Of a stretch of 64,000 bases of DNA, positions 9,535-19,159 are shown piece after piece. Both the position numbers and the translations under genes were made by a program. A model generated the notes under the pieces. That model did no database searches, had not been told where the DNA came from, and saw only the letters and a program-made list of their open reading frames with translations. The stretch covers positions 96,001 to 160,000 of the forward strand of contig CBDCQT010000011.1 of the NCBI GenBank assembly GCA_965220745.1, read 5' to 3'. The first letter of the stretch is position 1, and every line of letters starts with the position of its first letter. Source of the DNA: Alphaproteobacteria bacterium (GTDB taxonomy: Bacteria > Pseudomonadota > Alphaproteobacteria > UBA828).

Positions 9535-9542
9535 GCCGGCCG

Positions 9543-11537
9543 TTGCCGAAGATCAGCCAAGAGGACTATCAGCAGCGACTGGATCGGCTCACCGAGATCT
9601 TCGCGGATATCGTGAGCCATGCCGACGAGCAGGCGACGCACCGCTGCCCCTACCGCGACGCCCGCGACCGCTGCACGGCGGCGTTCTCGTGCGGCAACCA
9701 GATTCCCGCCGTCGAGAAGGGCGCGCCTGCAACCTGCGGCCACGACGGCACCTTCGACTACAGCCTAGCGTGGGAAACGGATCCGGCCACCCGCGAACGC
9801 GCGAAGACGAAGCTCAGCGCGATCAAGCGAGCCGCCGCCGCGCGGCGGGAGGGTGAGACGCTACCGACGGGGCCCGGCACCGTCTCCCACGACGGCAAGA
9901 CTCAGCCGCTCGCCATAGGCATGACGCTCTTCGACTGCGCCGACGAGCTTGCGGTCGAGGTGCCGACCTCATGCCAGCGCAATGGCCGCTGCCACGAATG
10001 CGTGGTGGAGGTGAGCGCGGGCGAGGCCGCGCTCTGCGCCCGCACCGAGGCGGAGAGCTTCCTGCGCGCGCCTTACCGCCTCGCCTGCCAGGCGATGGTC
10101 GAGCGCGACGATATCGACGTAGCCTTCGCGCCGCTCCGCCGCCGACCGCGCATCCTGGTGCGTGCCCATTCCGACACGGCCGGCGCGCCCGAGACCATCG
10201 ATCCTCTCGTCGCCCGGCGGGGCGACGAGGTGCTCTACGACGGCGAGGTGGTGGACCGCTACCGGGGACACGTGCTCGGGCTCGCGGTCGATCTCGGCAC
10301 CACCACTGTGGTGCTTGACTTCGTCGACCTAGAGACCGGAAAGAGCGTGCACAGCGCCGCCTTCGAGAACCCGCAGGCCTTCGGCGGCAGCGACGTGATG
10401 CACCGCATCTCCTACGACCGCGACGACAAGGCAGGCGAGCTGCAGAAGGCCGCAGCGTCGGCCATCAACCGCGTTATCGTCGATGGCTGCGCTAGGCTCG
10501 GCACCAACCGCCAGGCGATCTACGAGATCGTGGTCGCCGCCAACTCCACCATGCGCGACATCCTGTTCAAGCTGGACGTCCAGGGGATCGGCCAGAAGCC
10601 CTATAAGTCATCCATAGAGCACGCCTTCCTGGCCGGCGAGCGCGCGAATACGGCGCTCAGCGCCCGCGCGCTTCGGTTGGGCCTGCGCGCCAACCGCGCG
10701 GCCCGCGTCTACGGCCTGCCGCTGATCGCGAGCCATGTGGGGGGCGATTCTGCAGCCGCTCTCGTGGCGCTGGAAGAAGGCTTCGCCGACGCCGATACCG
10801 CGATGTTGGTGGACATGGGCACCAACACCGAGGTCGTGCTCAAGCACCGGGGCCGGATGCTCGCCGCCTCGTGCCCGGCGGGGCCGGCGTTCGAGGGCGG
10901 GCTGGTGCGCTACGGAATGCCGGCCTGCGACGGTGCGATCGAGGCGGTCCGCCTCGGCGAAGACGGCGAGGCCGCCTACGAGACCATCGGCGGCAAGAAG
11001 CCGGTGGGGCTCTGTGGCTCTGGCCTGATCGATTTGCTGGCGGAACTTCGCCGGACCGACGTGCTCACCGCCAAGGGCGTCTTCACCGCGGACCGCAAGC
11101 AGAGGGAGATGACCGTGGTGCCCGAGCAGGGGATCACCTTCTCCAAGGAGGACGCCAGCAATCTCGGTCAGGCCAAGGCCGCCAACTACTGCGGTCAGTA
11201 CATCGTCATGCGCGCGCTGGGTGTCGATCCCGCCGATGTCGAGAGCCTCTATCTCGCGGGCGGCTTCGCCAACTACGTGAACGTGCGCAATGCCCAGTCC
11301 ATCGGCCTGCTGGCGCCGGTGCCGGAGGAACGCGTCGTCAAGGCCGGCAACGCGGCGGCGCGCGGCGCCCGGGCGATCCTGCTCTCGGCCACCCGGCGGC
11401 GCGCGCTAGAGCGCGAGGTCCAGGCCATCGAGCATATCGAGCTGGAAACCACGCCCGACTTCTTCGACCTCTTCGTGGACGGCTGCCAGTTCAAGCCGAT
11501 GCCAACACACCTCGTGCCGGAAGGAACCGCCGCATGA
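9543..11537 (+). CDS. ATP-dependent reductive activator of corrinoid protein (RACo/DUF4445, ASKHA) with a 2Fe-2S domain
   Basis: SCQRNGRCHEC...RLACQ 2Fe-2S motif; DLGTTT, NPQ..GSDV, DMGTNTE, GPAFEG, GLCGSG and LAGGF motifs. Confidence 0.9.
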   Translation: MPKISQEDYQQRLDRLTEIFADIVSHADEQATHRCPYRDARDRCTAAFSCGNQIPAVEKGAPATCGHDGTFDYSLAWETDPATRERAKTKLSAIKRAAAARREGETLPTGPGTVSHDGKTQPLAIGMTLFDCADELAVEVPTSCQRNGRCHECVVEVSAGEAALCARTEAESFLRAPYRLACQAMVERDDIDVAFAPLRRRPRILVRAHSDTAGAPETIDPLVARRGDEVLYDGEVVDRYRGHVLGLAVDLGTTTVVLDFVDLETGKSVHSAAFENPQAFGGSDVMHRISYDRDDKAGELQKAAASAINRVIVDGCARLGTNRQAIYEIVVAANSTMRDILFKLDVQGIGQKPYKSSIEHAFLAGERANTALSARALRLGLRANRAARVYGLPLIASHVGGDSAAALVALEEGFADADTAMLVDMGTNTEVVLKHRGRMLAASCPAGPAFEGGLVRYGMPACDGAIEAVRLGEDGEAAYETIGGKKPVGLCGSGLIDLLAELRRTDVLTAKGVFTADRKQREMTVVPEQGITFSKEDASNLGQAKAANYCGQYIVMRALGVDPADVESLYLAGGFANYVNVRNAQSIGLLAPVPEERVVKAGNAAARGARAILLSATRRRALEREVQAIEHIELETTPDFFDLFVDGCQFKPMPTHLVPEGTAA

Positions 11538-12562
11538 CCACCCCGCCGCTCATCGTCATCGGCGAGAACATCCATTGCACCCGCGTCGCGCTCCGCAAGG
11601 GCAAGCGCATTGCCGAACGCGACGGTGCCGAAGTGATCCTTTACGAGAGCGCAGAGGGCGAAGAACGCGCGCTACCGGTCACCGCGGAGGCGAAGCGGAC
11701 CAAGGACTACGAAGAGGGGCGGGTCAAGCACGTTCAGGTCGCGATCGAGACCGCGATGGAGACGGCCGCGGGCGATCCGGCCGAGGGCCTGCGCTATATC
11801 GAGGCGCAGGTCCGCCATCAGGAGCGCGCGGGCGCGGCTTTTCTGGACCTCAACGTGGACGAGATCGCGCCCAAGCTCGCCGTGCAGACCGGCGCCATGG
11901 CCTGGCTCGCCGCCACGGTGCAAGGGCTCACGGACCTCCCGCTTTCCGTCGACTCCTCAAGCGTGGACGTGATTCGCGCCGGGCTCGAGGCGATCGCGCC
12001 GGCAAAGGTACGCCCGATGCTCAACTCCGCCTCCCTGGAGCGGCTGGACGCGCTCGACCTCGCCCGCGAGCACGACTGCCGCGTGGTGGTGACCGCCGCC
12101 GGCGAGAAGGGGATGCCTGACGGCGCGGACGAGCGTGTGGCGAACGCCTCCCGCATGGTGGAGGCAGCCCTGGAGCGGGGCTTCGCCGTCGGCGATCTCT
12201 ACATCGACCCGCTAGTCTTCCCGATCTCCGTCGACTCCCGCTTCGGCAACCACTGCTTCGACGCGATCCGCGCCCTGCGCGCGCGCTTCGGCGACGAGGT
12301 CCACATCACCGGCGGCATGAGCAACGTTTCGTTCGGGCTGCCGGCCCGCAAGATCCTCAACGACATGTTCGTCCTGCTCGCAATGGAGGCCGGCGCCGAC
12401 GGCGGAATCATGGACCCGGTGGCGAGCCCGCCCGAGGCGATCCTCGCCATCGACCGCACGGACCCGAACTACAAGCTCGCCGAGGACGTGTTGATGGGGC
12501 GGGACGAGCACTGCATGGAATATATCCGCGCCTGGCGAAAGAGCAGGCGCAAGGCCAAGTGA
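11534..12562 (+). CDS. Methyltetrahydrofolate:corrinoid methyltransferase (AcsE/MtgA-like, pterin-binding fold)
   Basis: IIGEN, LDLNVD, LSVDSS, LNSAS, IDPLV.PI and GGMSNVSFGLP motifs; ATGA overlap with the activator gene. Confidence 0.88.
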   Translation: MTTPPLIVIGENIHCTRVALRKGKRIAERDGAEVILYESAEGEERALPVTAEAKRTKDYEEGRVKHVQVAIETAMETAAGDPAEGLRYIEAQVRHQERAGAAFLDLNVDEIAPKLAVQTGAMAWLAATVQGLTDLPLSVDSSSVDVIRAGLEAIAPAKVRPMLNSASLERLDALDLAREHDCRVVVTAAGEKGMPDGADERVANASRMVEAALERGFAVGDLYIDPLVFPISVDSRFGNHCFDAIRALRARFGDEVHITGGMSNVSFGLPARKILNDMFVLLAMEAGADGGIMDPVASPPEAILAIDRTDPNYKLAEDVLMGRDEHCMEYIRAWRKSRRKAK

Positions 12563-12587
12563 AGAGCCGAGTGAAGAAGAGACCCCT

Positions 12588-12989
12588 ATGACCGAGACCG
12601 AACGGCCGCCGCAAATCGAGCCCGCGCTCCGCACGCTGGCCATGCCCGCCGACGCCAACCCCAACGGCGACATCTTCGGCGGCTGGGTGCTGGCGCAGAT
12701 GGACCTGGCCGGCGGCGTCGTGGCGGCGCGGCGCGCGGGCGGGCGCATGGTCACGGTGGCGGTGGAGGCCATGCGCTTCCACGCGCCGATCGCCGTCGGC
12801 GACCTCGTGACCTGCTACGCCCGGGTGACGAAGACCGGAACGACCTCAATCACCGTCGACATCGAGACCTGGGCACGCCGGCGGCGCGGCGCCGTGGAGG
12901 TGAGGGTGACCGAGGGCACCTTCATCTATGTCGCCATCGACGACGACGGCCGTCCCCGCCCTCTCCCCGACCAGGCCCCAGAGGGCTGA
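12588..12989 (+). CDS. Acyl-CoA thioesterase, hotdog fold (YciA-like)
   Basis: AMPADANPNGDIFGGWVLAQMDLAG, VTVAV, G.F.YVAIDDDGRPR. Confidence 0.9.
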   Translation: MTETERPPQIEPALRTLAMPADANPNGDIFGGWVLAQMDLAGGVVAARRAGGRMVTVAVEAMRFHAPIAVGDLVTCYARVTKTGTTSITVDIETWARRRRGAVEVRVTEGTFIYVAIDDDGRPRPLPDQAPEG

Positions 12990-12992
12990 CGG

Positions 12993-14522
12993 CTAGGAGC
13001 GGGCGCTGACGGTGGGGTCGTTGGCTGGATCAAGGCCGCGGATGATGGTGCAGGGCATCGGCGCGGCGCGGAGCACCTTGCACGCCCGGCTGGCGTCGTT
13101 CTTGTAGAGCCCGAGAAAGCGCGCCCGATAGAGCGTGCCGCGTCCATCTGCGAGAGGCACCAGGGTCGCCGTCGCATCGCTGAGGAGCGGGGCGCGCACC
13201 GATGCTCGGCGCATGGCGATCTCCGCCGCGGTGATTGACTCGTAGGCACCCACTTGGATGGCCCAGGGGCCGCCTGCCGCCGGTGCTGCTGCGAACGTCT
13301 TTGCCGGAGACGGCGCTGGGGTCGCGACCGCCGGCTGCGTGGCCTCAAGCGCGGCGACCTCGGGCGTCGCGGCACCGGGCTTCAACGGCGGGGGCTGGGG
13401 AGGCGGCGGGCCCGTAGCGACCTTGATCGGTGTCTCCGGTGCGCGCGGGGCCGGCGGCGGCTCCTCGGCGATCTTAATTGGCTCGGGCGGCGGCGCCGCG
13501 TCACCTTCGACCAGCTCGGGCGGCTCGGCGGCGGCAACCATGATGGCCGCTGGCTTGAAGCGCGGCGCCGGCGCGGCGAGGCCGGAGCCTCCCGGTGGGC
13601 GCGGAATGCCCGCGTAACGCACGCGGCCGCGCTTGGCGTCGTTCTCGGCGATCCGCGTGAAGCCGAGGTCGAGGAGGTTGGACATGTGGGCATTGCGCGA
13701 GCGCGCCGTCTTACCACCGAAGACCACGGCGATGACCCGCCGGCCGTCCCGCTCCGCCGAGGCCACGAGGTTGAAGCCCGAGGCGCGAATATAGCCGGTC
13801 TTGATGCCGTCCATGCCGCGATAGCGGCCGAGCAGCCGGTTCGGCGAGCGATGCTCGCGCCCGCGATAGCGGAAGCGCTTGTCGTCGAAATAGTGGTAGC
13901 GGTCCGGGAAGTCGCGCATGAGCGCCTGGGCGAGGCGGGCCATGTCTCGTGCCGTGCTGCGCTGCTTCCGGTTCGGCAGGCCCGACGCATTGCGGAAGGT
14001 GGTTCGGGACATGCCGAGCGCCTTGGCCTTCCTGGTCATCTTCCTGCCGAACTCGACCTCCGTGCCGCCCAGCGCCTCGGCGACCACCACGGCGATATCG
14101 TTCGCCGACTTGACGACCAGCGCCTTGATCGCGTCCTCGACACGGATCGTCGAGCCGGCCCGCAGCCCGAGCTTGGAGGGCGACTGCCCCGCCGCCCGCT
14201 TCGAGACCTTCAGCTTCGAATCGAGGCTGAGCTTCCCGTTGTCGACCGCCTCGAAGAGCAGATAGAGGGTCATCATTTTAGTCAGCGAGGCTGGGTACCG
14301 CCTTATGTCGGCGTTGCGTGAGCGCAGAACCTCGCCGGTCTCAGCGTCGATGACGATGGAGGCGTAGCGCGCGTGCGCTTCTTCGGCGGCAAAGACCTGC
14401 GATATGACGAGAATGCAAAGCGCGAGTGCGAGACTGAGGACGATCGAGCCCGGACGCAAAATTCTTCTTCTTCGCCGTGTTCCCACGCCCGCCCCGCCGC
14501 CGACAGCGAATCGACTGAACAT
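12993..14522 (-). CDS. D-alanyl-D-alanine carboxypeptidase (peptidase S11) with a C-terminal SPOR domain
   Basis: PASLTK (SxxK), SAND (SxN), IKTGY (KTG), Pro-rich linker, WAIQVGAY SPOR domain; start uncertain. Confidence 0.9.
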   Translation of the reverse strand: MFSRFAVGGGAGVGTRRRRRILRPGSIVLSLALALCILVISQVFAAEEAHARYASIVIDAETGEVLRSRNADIRRYPASLTKMMTLYLLFEAVDNGKLSLDSKLKVSKRAAGQSPSKLGLRAGSTIRVEDAIKALVVKSANDIAVVVAEALGGTEVEFGRKMTRKAKALGMSRTTFRNASGLPNRKQRSTARDMARLAQALMRDFPDRYHYFDDKRFRYRGREHRSPNRLLGRYRGMDGIKTGYIRASGFNLVASAERDGRRVIAVVFGGKTARSRNAHMSNLLDLGFTRIAENDAKRGRVRYAGIPRPPGGSGLAAPAPRFKPAAIMVAAAEPPELVEGDAAPPPEPIKIAEEPPPAPRAPETPIKVATGPPPPQPPPLKPGAATPEVAALEATQPAVATPAPSPAKTFAAAPAAGGPWAIQVGAYESITAAEIAMRRASVRAPLLSDATATLVPLADGRGTLYRARFLGLYKNDASRACKVLRAAPMPCTIIRGLDPANDPTVSARS

Positions 14523-14644
14523 CCTTTATGGGTTGTCGCTAGCACGTCCGTCAAGCACGAGCTGTGGGAAAAGGTCTGGAAGTGCTTGATTCAGTGCAAT
14601 CTCTGCCTGGCCTGGACGCCTGCGTATGCTGTGGACAACGCGGA

Positions 14645-16039
14645 CTAGAAGTCGGGCGGTGCGACCCCGCTCGCCCGCAGCTGAGCCGCGAGATCTCGCT
14701 TCATGCACTCCAGCGCTGCGGCGTCCTCCGCCTCGCAACGCGCCACCAGCATGGGCTGGGTATTCGATGCGCGCAGCAGCCACCAGCCGTCCGGGCTCTC
14801 GGCCCTCACGCCATCGATGGCGGTGAACGTCGCGCCCGCAGCCGCGAGCCGGTTTCCAATTTCGTCGGCGACCCGGAACTTGCGCTCGTCCGGACAGGGG
14901 AAGCGGACCTCGGGCGTGCTCACCGGTTGCGGCAGTTCGGCCCGCAAGGCTGCGAGTGAGCGCCCCTCGCCAGCGACCAGCTTGAGCAGGCGTAGAGCGG
15001 CGTAGAGCGCGTCGTCGAAGCCGTAATAGCGGTCTGCGAAGAAGATGTGGCCGCTCATCTCGCCTGCGAGCGGCGCGCCGCATTCGGCCATCTTCGCCTT
15101 GATCGGCGCGTGGCCCGTGCGCCACATCAGCGGCGTGCCGCCCAGGCGGGCGATCTCGTTGAAGAGGATCCGGCTCGCCTTGACGTCGCCGATGACGGTC
15201 GAGCCGGGCCATTCGCGCAGCACCTCGCGCGCGAGCAGGGCCACCAGTTGATCGCCCCAGAGGATCGCGCCGGCCCCGTCCACGACCCCGATGCGATCGC
15301 CGTCGCCGTCGAAGGCGATGCCGAGATCGCAGCGCTCGACCCGGACCGTCTCGATCAGCTGCGCCAGGTTCTCTGGCACCGTGGGGTCCGGGTGGTGGAC
15401 GGGGAAGGTCCCGTCGACCGCATCGTTCAACAAGATATGGCGGCCCGGAAGGCCGCTCACCAGCGCGCCGAGCACCGCGCCGGCGGCGCCGTTACCGGCA
15501 TCCCACGCGACGGCGAATGGCTGTTCAACGGCCTCGGCGAGGAGACGCGCAACATAGGCGTCGCGAATGTCGTCATCCTCCGTCGCCCTGCCGGCACCCT
15601 CGGCAAACCTGCCATCCTGCAAGATGAGCGCCAGCGCCTCGATGTCGGCGCCATGAAACGGCCCGCCGCCCAGCACCATCTTCACGCCGTTGTAGGCCGG
15701 CGGGTTGTGCGAGCCCGTAATCATTATCCCGCCGTCGCACCGCCGGTCGTGGACGGCGAAATAGAGCATCGGCGTCGGGCCCGCGCCGATGCGAAGCACG
15801 TCGGCGCCGGTAGCGCTCAACCCCTCGACGAGATGGGCTTCCAGCTCCGGCGAGCTCAGCCGGCCATCGCGCCCCACGCAAATCTTCGGTGGCCGATCGA
15901 TGGTTGCACGTCGTCGCGCGATAGTGGCGAAACCCCGGCCGATGGCTGCCATGTCGGCCCCACTCAGCGTGTCTCCGACGATGCCCCTGATGTCGTAGGC
16001 GCCGAGGATCGCCGGATCGAGCGTATGCCCCGCGCTCAT
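14645..16039 (-). CDS. Phosphomannomutase/phosphoglucomutase
   Basis: YDIRG, TGSHNP, FDGDGDR, GEMSGH, RASNT; ATG 16039 overlaps the ugd stop. Confidence 0.93.
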   Translation of the reverse strand: MSAGHTLDPAILGAYDIRGIVGDTLSGADMAAIGRGFATIARRRATIDRPPKICVGRDGRLSSPELEAHLVEGLSATGADVLRIGAGPTPMLYFAVHDRRCDGGIMITGSHNPPAYNGVKMVLGGGPFHGADIEALALILQDGRFAEGAGRATEDDDIRDAYVARLLAEAVEQPFAVAWDAGNGAAGAVLGALVSGLPGRHILLNDAVDGTFPVHHPDPTVPENLAQLIETVRVERCDLGIAFDGDGDRIGVVDGAGAILWGDQLVALLAREVLREWPGSTVIGDVKASRILFNEIARLGGTPLMWRTGHAPIKAKMAECGAPLAGEMSGHIFFADRYYGFDDALYAALRLLKLVAGEGRSLAALRAELPQPVSTPEVRFPCPDERKFRVADEIGNRLAAAGATFTAIDGVRAESPDGWWLLRASNTQPMLVARCEAEDAAALECMKRDLAAQLRASGVAPPDF

Positions 16040-17352
16040 GGAGAGACCGCAGGCCGGCCGATGCTCACGTAGCGAAGGCCGGCGGACGCCATCTCGGCCG
16101 GCTCGTAGATGTTGCGGAGATCGACCACCAGCGGGGTCCGCAACAGGCTTCGCGCGCGCTCCAGGTCGAGCGCCCTGAACTCGTTCCACTCCGTGAGGAT
16201 GACCAGCGCCTCCGCGCCCGCCATGGCCTCGTAGGAGTCGTTGCACCACACGACGCCGTCGAGCAGGGCGCGCGCCTCCGCCATGCCGGCGGGATCGAAA
16301 GCGCGGATCTTGGCTCCCCGCTCCATGAGACCCGGCAAAATCACGAGACTCGGGCTCTCCCGCACGTCGTCGGTGTTGGGCTTGAAGGTGACGCCGAGCA
16401 CGGCAACGGTCTTGCCCGCGACGGAGCCGCCGCAGGCCTGCACGATCTTGTCCACCATCGCCGCCTTGCGCGCGGCGTTCTGCCGCAGAACGGCCTCGAC
16501 GATGGTGCTGGGCGCGCCGGCTTCCTTGGCGATGCGGGCGAAAGCCGCCGCATCCTTGGGGAAGCAGGAACCGCCGAAGCCGGGGCCGGCGTGCAGGAAG
16601 TACCTCCCGATGCGGTTGTCGAGGCCGATCCCCTTGGCCACGTCCTGCACGTCCGCGCCGAGCCGCTCGCAGAGGTCGGCGATCTCGTTGATGAATGTAA
16701 TCTTGGTCGCGAGGAAGCAGTTGGCGGCGTACTTGATGAGCTCCGCCGTCTCCAGCGTGGTGAAGAGCACCGGCGTCTCGATCAGGAAGAGCGGCCTGTA
16801 GAGCGCCCGCATGACCGCTTGCGCTCGGTCGGACTCGACCCCGACGACGACCCGGTCGGGGCGCATGAAGTCGTCGATCGCCGAGCCCTCGCGCAGGAAC
16901 TCAGGGTTCGAGACCACATCGAACGAAGCACCTGGGCGGTGTTCCCGAATGATGCGCGCGATCTCCCGCCCGGTGCCGACGGGCACGGTCGATTTTGTCG
17001 CGACGACGGTGTAGCCCGCGAGGGCGTCCGCAACTTGGCGGGCCGCCTCGAACACGAACGAGAGGTCGGCGTGGCCGTCGCCCCGCCGGCTAGGCGTGCC
17101 GACCGCCAGCATCACCACGTCAGCCGCCGATACGGCATCCGCAATATCTTCGGTGAAGGAAAGCCGCCCGGAGGCGACATTAACGGCAAGCAGCGCCTCC
17201 AGCCCTGGCTCGTAGATCGGCACGCGCCCCGCACGCAGCGCCGCAATCCTTTCCGGCTCGGCATCGACGCAGGTGACGGAGAAGCCGAATTCCGAGAAAC
17301 AGGTGGCTGACACCAAGCCGACGTAACCGGCCCCGATCATCGCAACGCGCAT
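16036..17352 (-). CDS. ugd: UDP-glucose 6-dehydrogenase
   Basis: IGAGYVGL, KSTVP, SNPEFLREG, GFGGSCFPKD, FKPNTDD.RES. Confidence 0.95.
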   Translation of the reverse strand: MRVAMIGAGYVGLVSATCFSEFGFSVTCVDAEPERIAALRAGRVPIYEPGLEALLAVNVASGRLSFTEDIADAVSAADVVMLAVGTPSRRGDGHADLSFVFEAARQVADALAGYTVVATKSTVPVGTGREIARIIREHRPGASFDVVSNPEFLREGSAIDDFMRPDRVVVGVESDRAQAVMRALYRPLFLIETPVLFTTLETAELIKYAANCFLATKITFINEIADLCERLGADVQDVAKGIGLDNRIGRYFLHAGPGFGGSCFPKDAAAFARIAKEAGAPSTIVEAVLRQNAARKAAMVDKIVQACGGSVAGKTVAVLGVTFKPNTDDVRESPSLVILPGLMERGAKIRAFDPAGMAEARALLDGVVWCNDSYEAMAGAEALVILTEWNEFRALDLERARSLLRTPLVVDLRNIYEPAEMASAGLRYVSIGRPAVSP

Positions 17353-17392
17353 GGCGATGCTCCCCGAAAACGATCCCGCGCGAAGGGCCGCC

Positions 17393-18268
17393 CTACGAGG
17401 AGGGCGTCACCTCTCGCAGGAAGGACAACAGCTCCTGCCTCAGCTCGGGCCGTTCCATGGCGCAGACGATGGTCGCCTGAATGGCCCCCGTCGGGCTGCC
17501 GCAATCGAAGCGACGGCCGTTGAAACGGACGCCGTGAAACCGCTCCTCCCGCGCCATCACAGCCATGGCGTCGGTCAGCTGAATCTCACCGCCTGCACCC
17601 GGCGTCTGCGCGGCAAGCCGCGCGAAGATGCCCGGTTGCAGAATGTAGCGGCCGATGAGCGCGAGCCGCGACGGCGCGCGCGGGGGGTCGGGCTTTTCCA
17701 CCATACCCGCAAGCGGGAGGGCTCCGTCTTCGTCTTCGCCCGCGACCTCGACGATCCCGTACCGGCCGGTCTCGCTCTGCGGCACCTCGGCAAGCGCCAC
17801 GACGCTGCCACCGGTCCGGCCGTGGACCCCGACGAGCTCGGCAAGACACGGCAGGTCGCCGAGGAGCAACTCGTCGGGCAGCAGCACCGCAAACGGCTCG
17901 TCGCCTACCAGATCGCGCGCGCAGAGGACCGCGTGACCCAGGCCCAGAGGCTCCTCCTGGCGCGCGAACGCAACGCCGCCAGGCGCGAGCACGGCACACG
18001 CGGTCACCGCCAGCGCAGCATCGTCCCCGCGCGCAGCGAGGTGCGCGTCGAGCGCCTCGTCACGCTCGAAATGGTCCCTGATCGTCGCCTCGCCCCGGCC
18101 CGTGACGAAGATAAATTCTTCAATCCCCGCAGCCCGTGCCTCCTCGACCGCGTACTGGATGAGCGGCTTGTCGACCACCGGAAGCAACACCTTGGGCACC
18201 GCCTTGCTCGCAGGCAGGAAGCGCGTGCCCATGCCGGCGACGGGGAGCACAGCCTTCCTAACCCGCAT
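17393..18268 (-). CDS. galU: UTP-glucose-1-phosphate uridylyltransferase
   Basis: KAVLPVAGMGTRFLPASK, LGLGHAV, VEKP, GGEIQLTDA, RFDCGS. Confidence 0.93.
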   Translation of the reverse strand: MRVRKAVLPVAGMGTRFLPASKAVPKVLLPVVDKPLIQYAVEEARAAGIEEFIFVTGRGEATIRDHFERDEALDAHLAARGDDAALAVTACAVLAPGGVAFARQEEPLGLGHAVLCARDLVGDEPFAVLLPDELLLGDLPCLAELVGVHGRTGGSVVALAEVPQSETGRYGIVEVAGEDEDGALPLAGMVEKPDPPRAPSRLALIGRYILQPGIFARLAAQTPGAGGEIQLTDAMAVMAREERFHGVRFNGRRFDCGSPTGAIQATIVCAMERPELRQELLSFLREVTPSS

Positions 18269-18361
18269 TCCTCACCACGCTGACCTAGGTCGGTGGAGGC
18301 GGAGGTGTGCCACGGCGGCCGCGGCGCGGCAAGCACGGCGGCACTCGCGGCGTCGCGCGCC

Positions 18362-19108
18362 TCAGCCGCTGAGCAGCAGCTCCTTCGCCTGGTTGATCTT
18401 TGCCGCGAGGTAGTTGGAGCCGCCGTGATCGGGGTGGAGCTTGCGCATGAGCGTGCGGTGCGCCTCCTTGATCTCCTCCGCCCCGGCCCCAGGTTGGAGG
18501 CCGAGGATCTCGTAGGCCTCCTCGCGGGTCATCGGCGTGCGGGCGCCAGCGGCTCGCTTGCGCCCCCAGCCCTGCCCCGTGCCGGCACTGGCGCTCTGCT
18601 CCTGCTCCGCCCGCGCCTCGGCGCGCTCGCGCCAATCGGCACCGAGAATCCGGTCCATGTAGGCTTCCAGCAGCCGTCGGCCCTCGTCGTCCCGCAAGCT
18701 GCACTCTTGGAACAACTCGAGAAGCTGCGGCTCCGAAAGCTCGTCGAGGCGGGCCCCGGCATAACGGCCCTGAAGCACCGTGCCCTCCATCTCGCCGCTG
18801 TCATGGTCCAGGATCATGCGGAGATAGGGGGTCTCGACATCCGATTTCTGGCCGGCCGTGGGATGGGGGTTCATCCGGCCCGCAGCAAAGCGGCTCATGA
18901 GCCAGGGCAGCCCGGTGATCGCGAGCGGCAGGAAGGCGAGATTGGCCTTGCCGGTCACGGCGAGGAAGATCGTGGCCGCCGCGCCGGCGGCGATGAAGCC
19001 CCACTTGACCCACTTCGCGAGGCTCGTGGGATTCGCCGTGGCGAACCAGCGGCTGAGAAACACGACCAGCACCAGGAGCGCGATCCCGAGGAGGACGTAG
19101 GTGATCAT
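18362..19108 (-). CDS. Membrane-anchored protein with a C-terminal DnaJ domain
   Basis: N-terminal hydrophobic helices; M.LDHDSG.M.G.V middle domain; EAYEILGL...[19 protein letters not shown] domain. Confidence 0.88.
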   Translation of the reverse strand: MITYVLLGIALLVLVVFLSRWFATANPTSLAKWVKWGFIAAGAAATIFLAVTGKANLAFLPLAITGLPWLMSRFAAGRMNPHPTAGQKSDVETPYLRMILDHDSGEMEGTVLQGRYAGARLDELSEPQLLELFQECSLRDDEGRRLLEAYMDRILGADWRERAEARAEQEQSASAGTGQGWGRKRAAGARTPMTREEAYEILGLQPGAGAEEIKEAHRTLMRKLHPDHGGSNYLAAKINQAKELLLSG

Positions 19109-19159
19109 CGAAGGGAGCGGTCTAGCTGGCCGGGCGACGGAAGCGCAGGAGGGGCAGGC

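Noticed and set aside
7701-12562. Split methionine synthase or uroporphyrinogen decarboxylase
   Set aside because: There is no homocysteine-binding domain with GGCC; the URO-D-fold protein lacks the HemE RQAGR motif and has the MtaA HxC...C Zn motif.
13290-13560. Pro-rich repeated segments (PIKIA/PIKVA) in the carboxypeptidase
   Set aside because: An ordinary low-complexity linker between the catalytic and SPOR domains.
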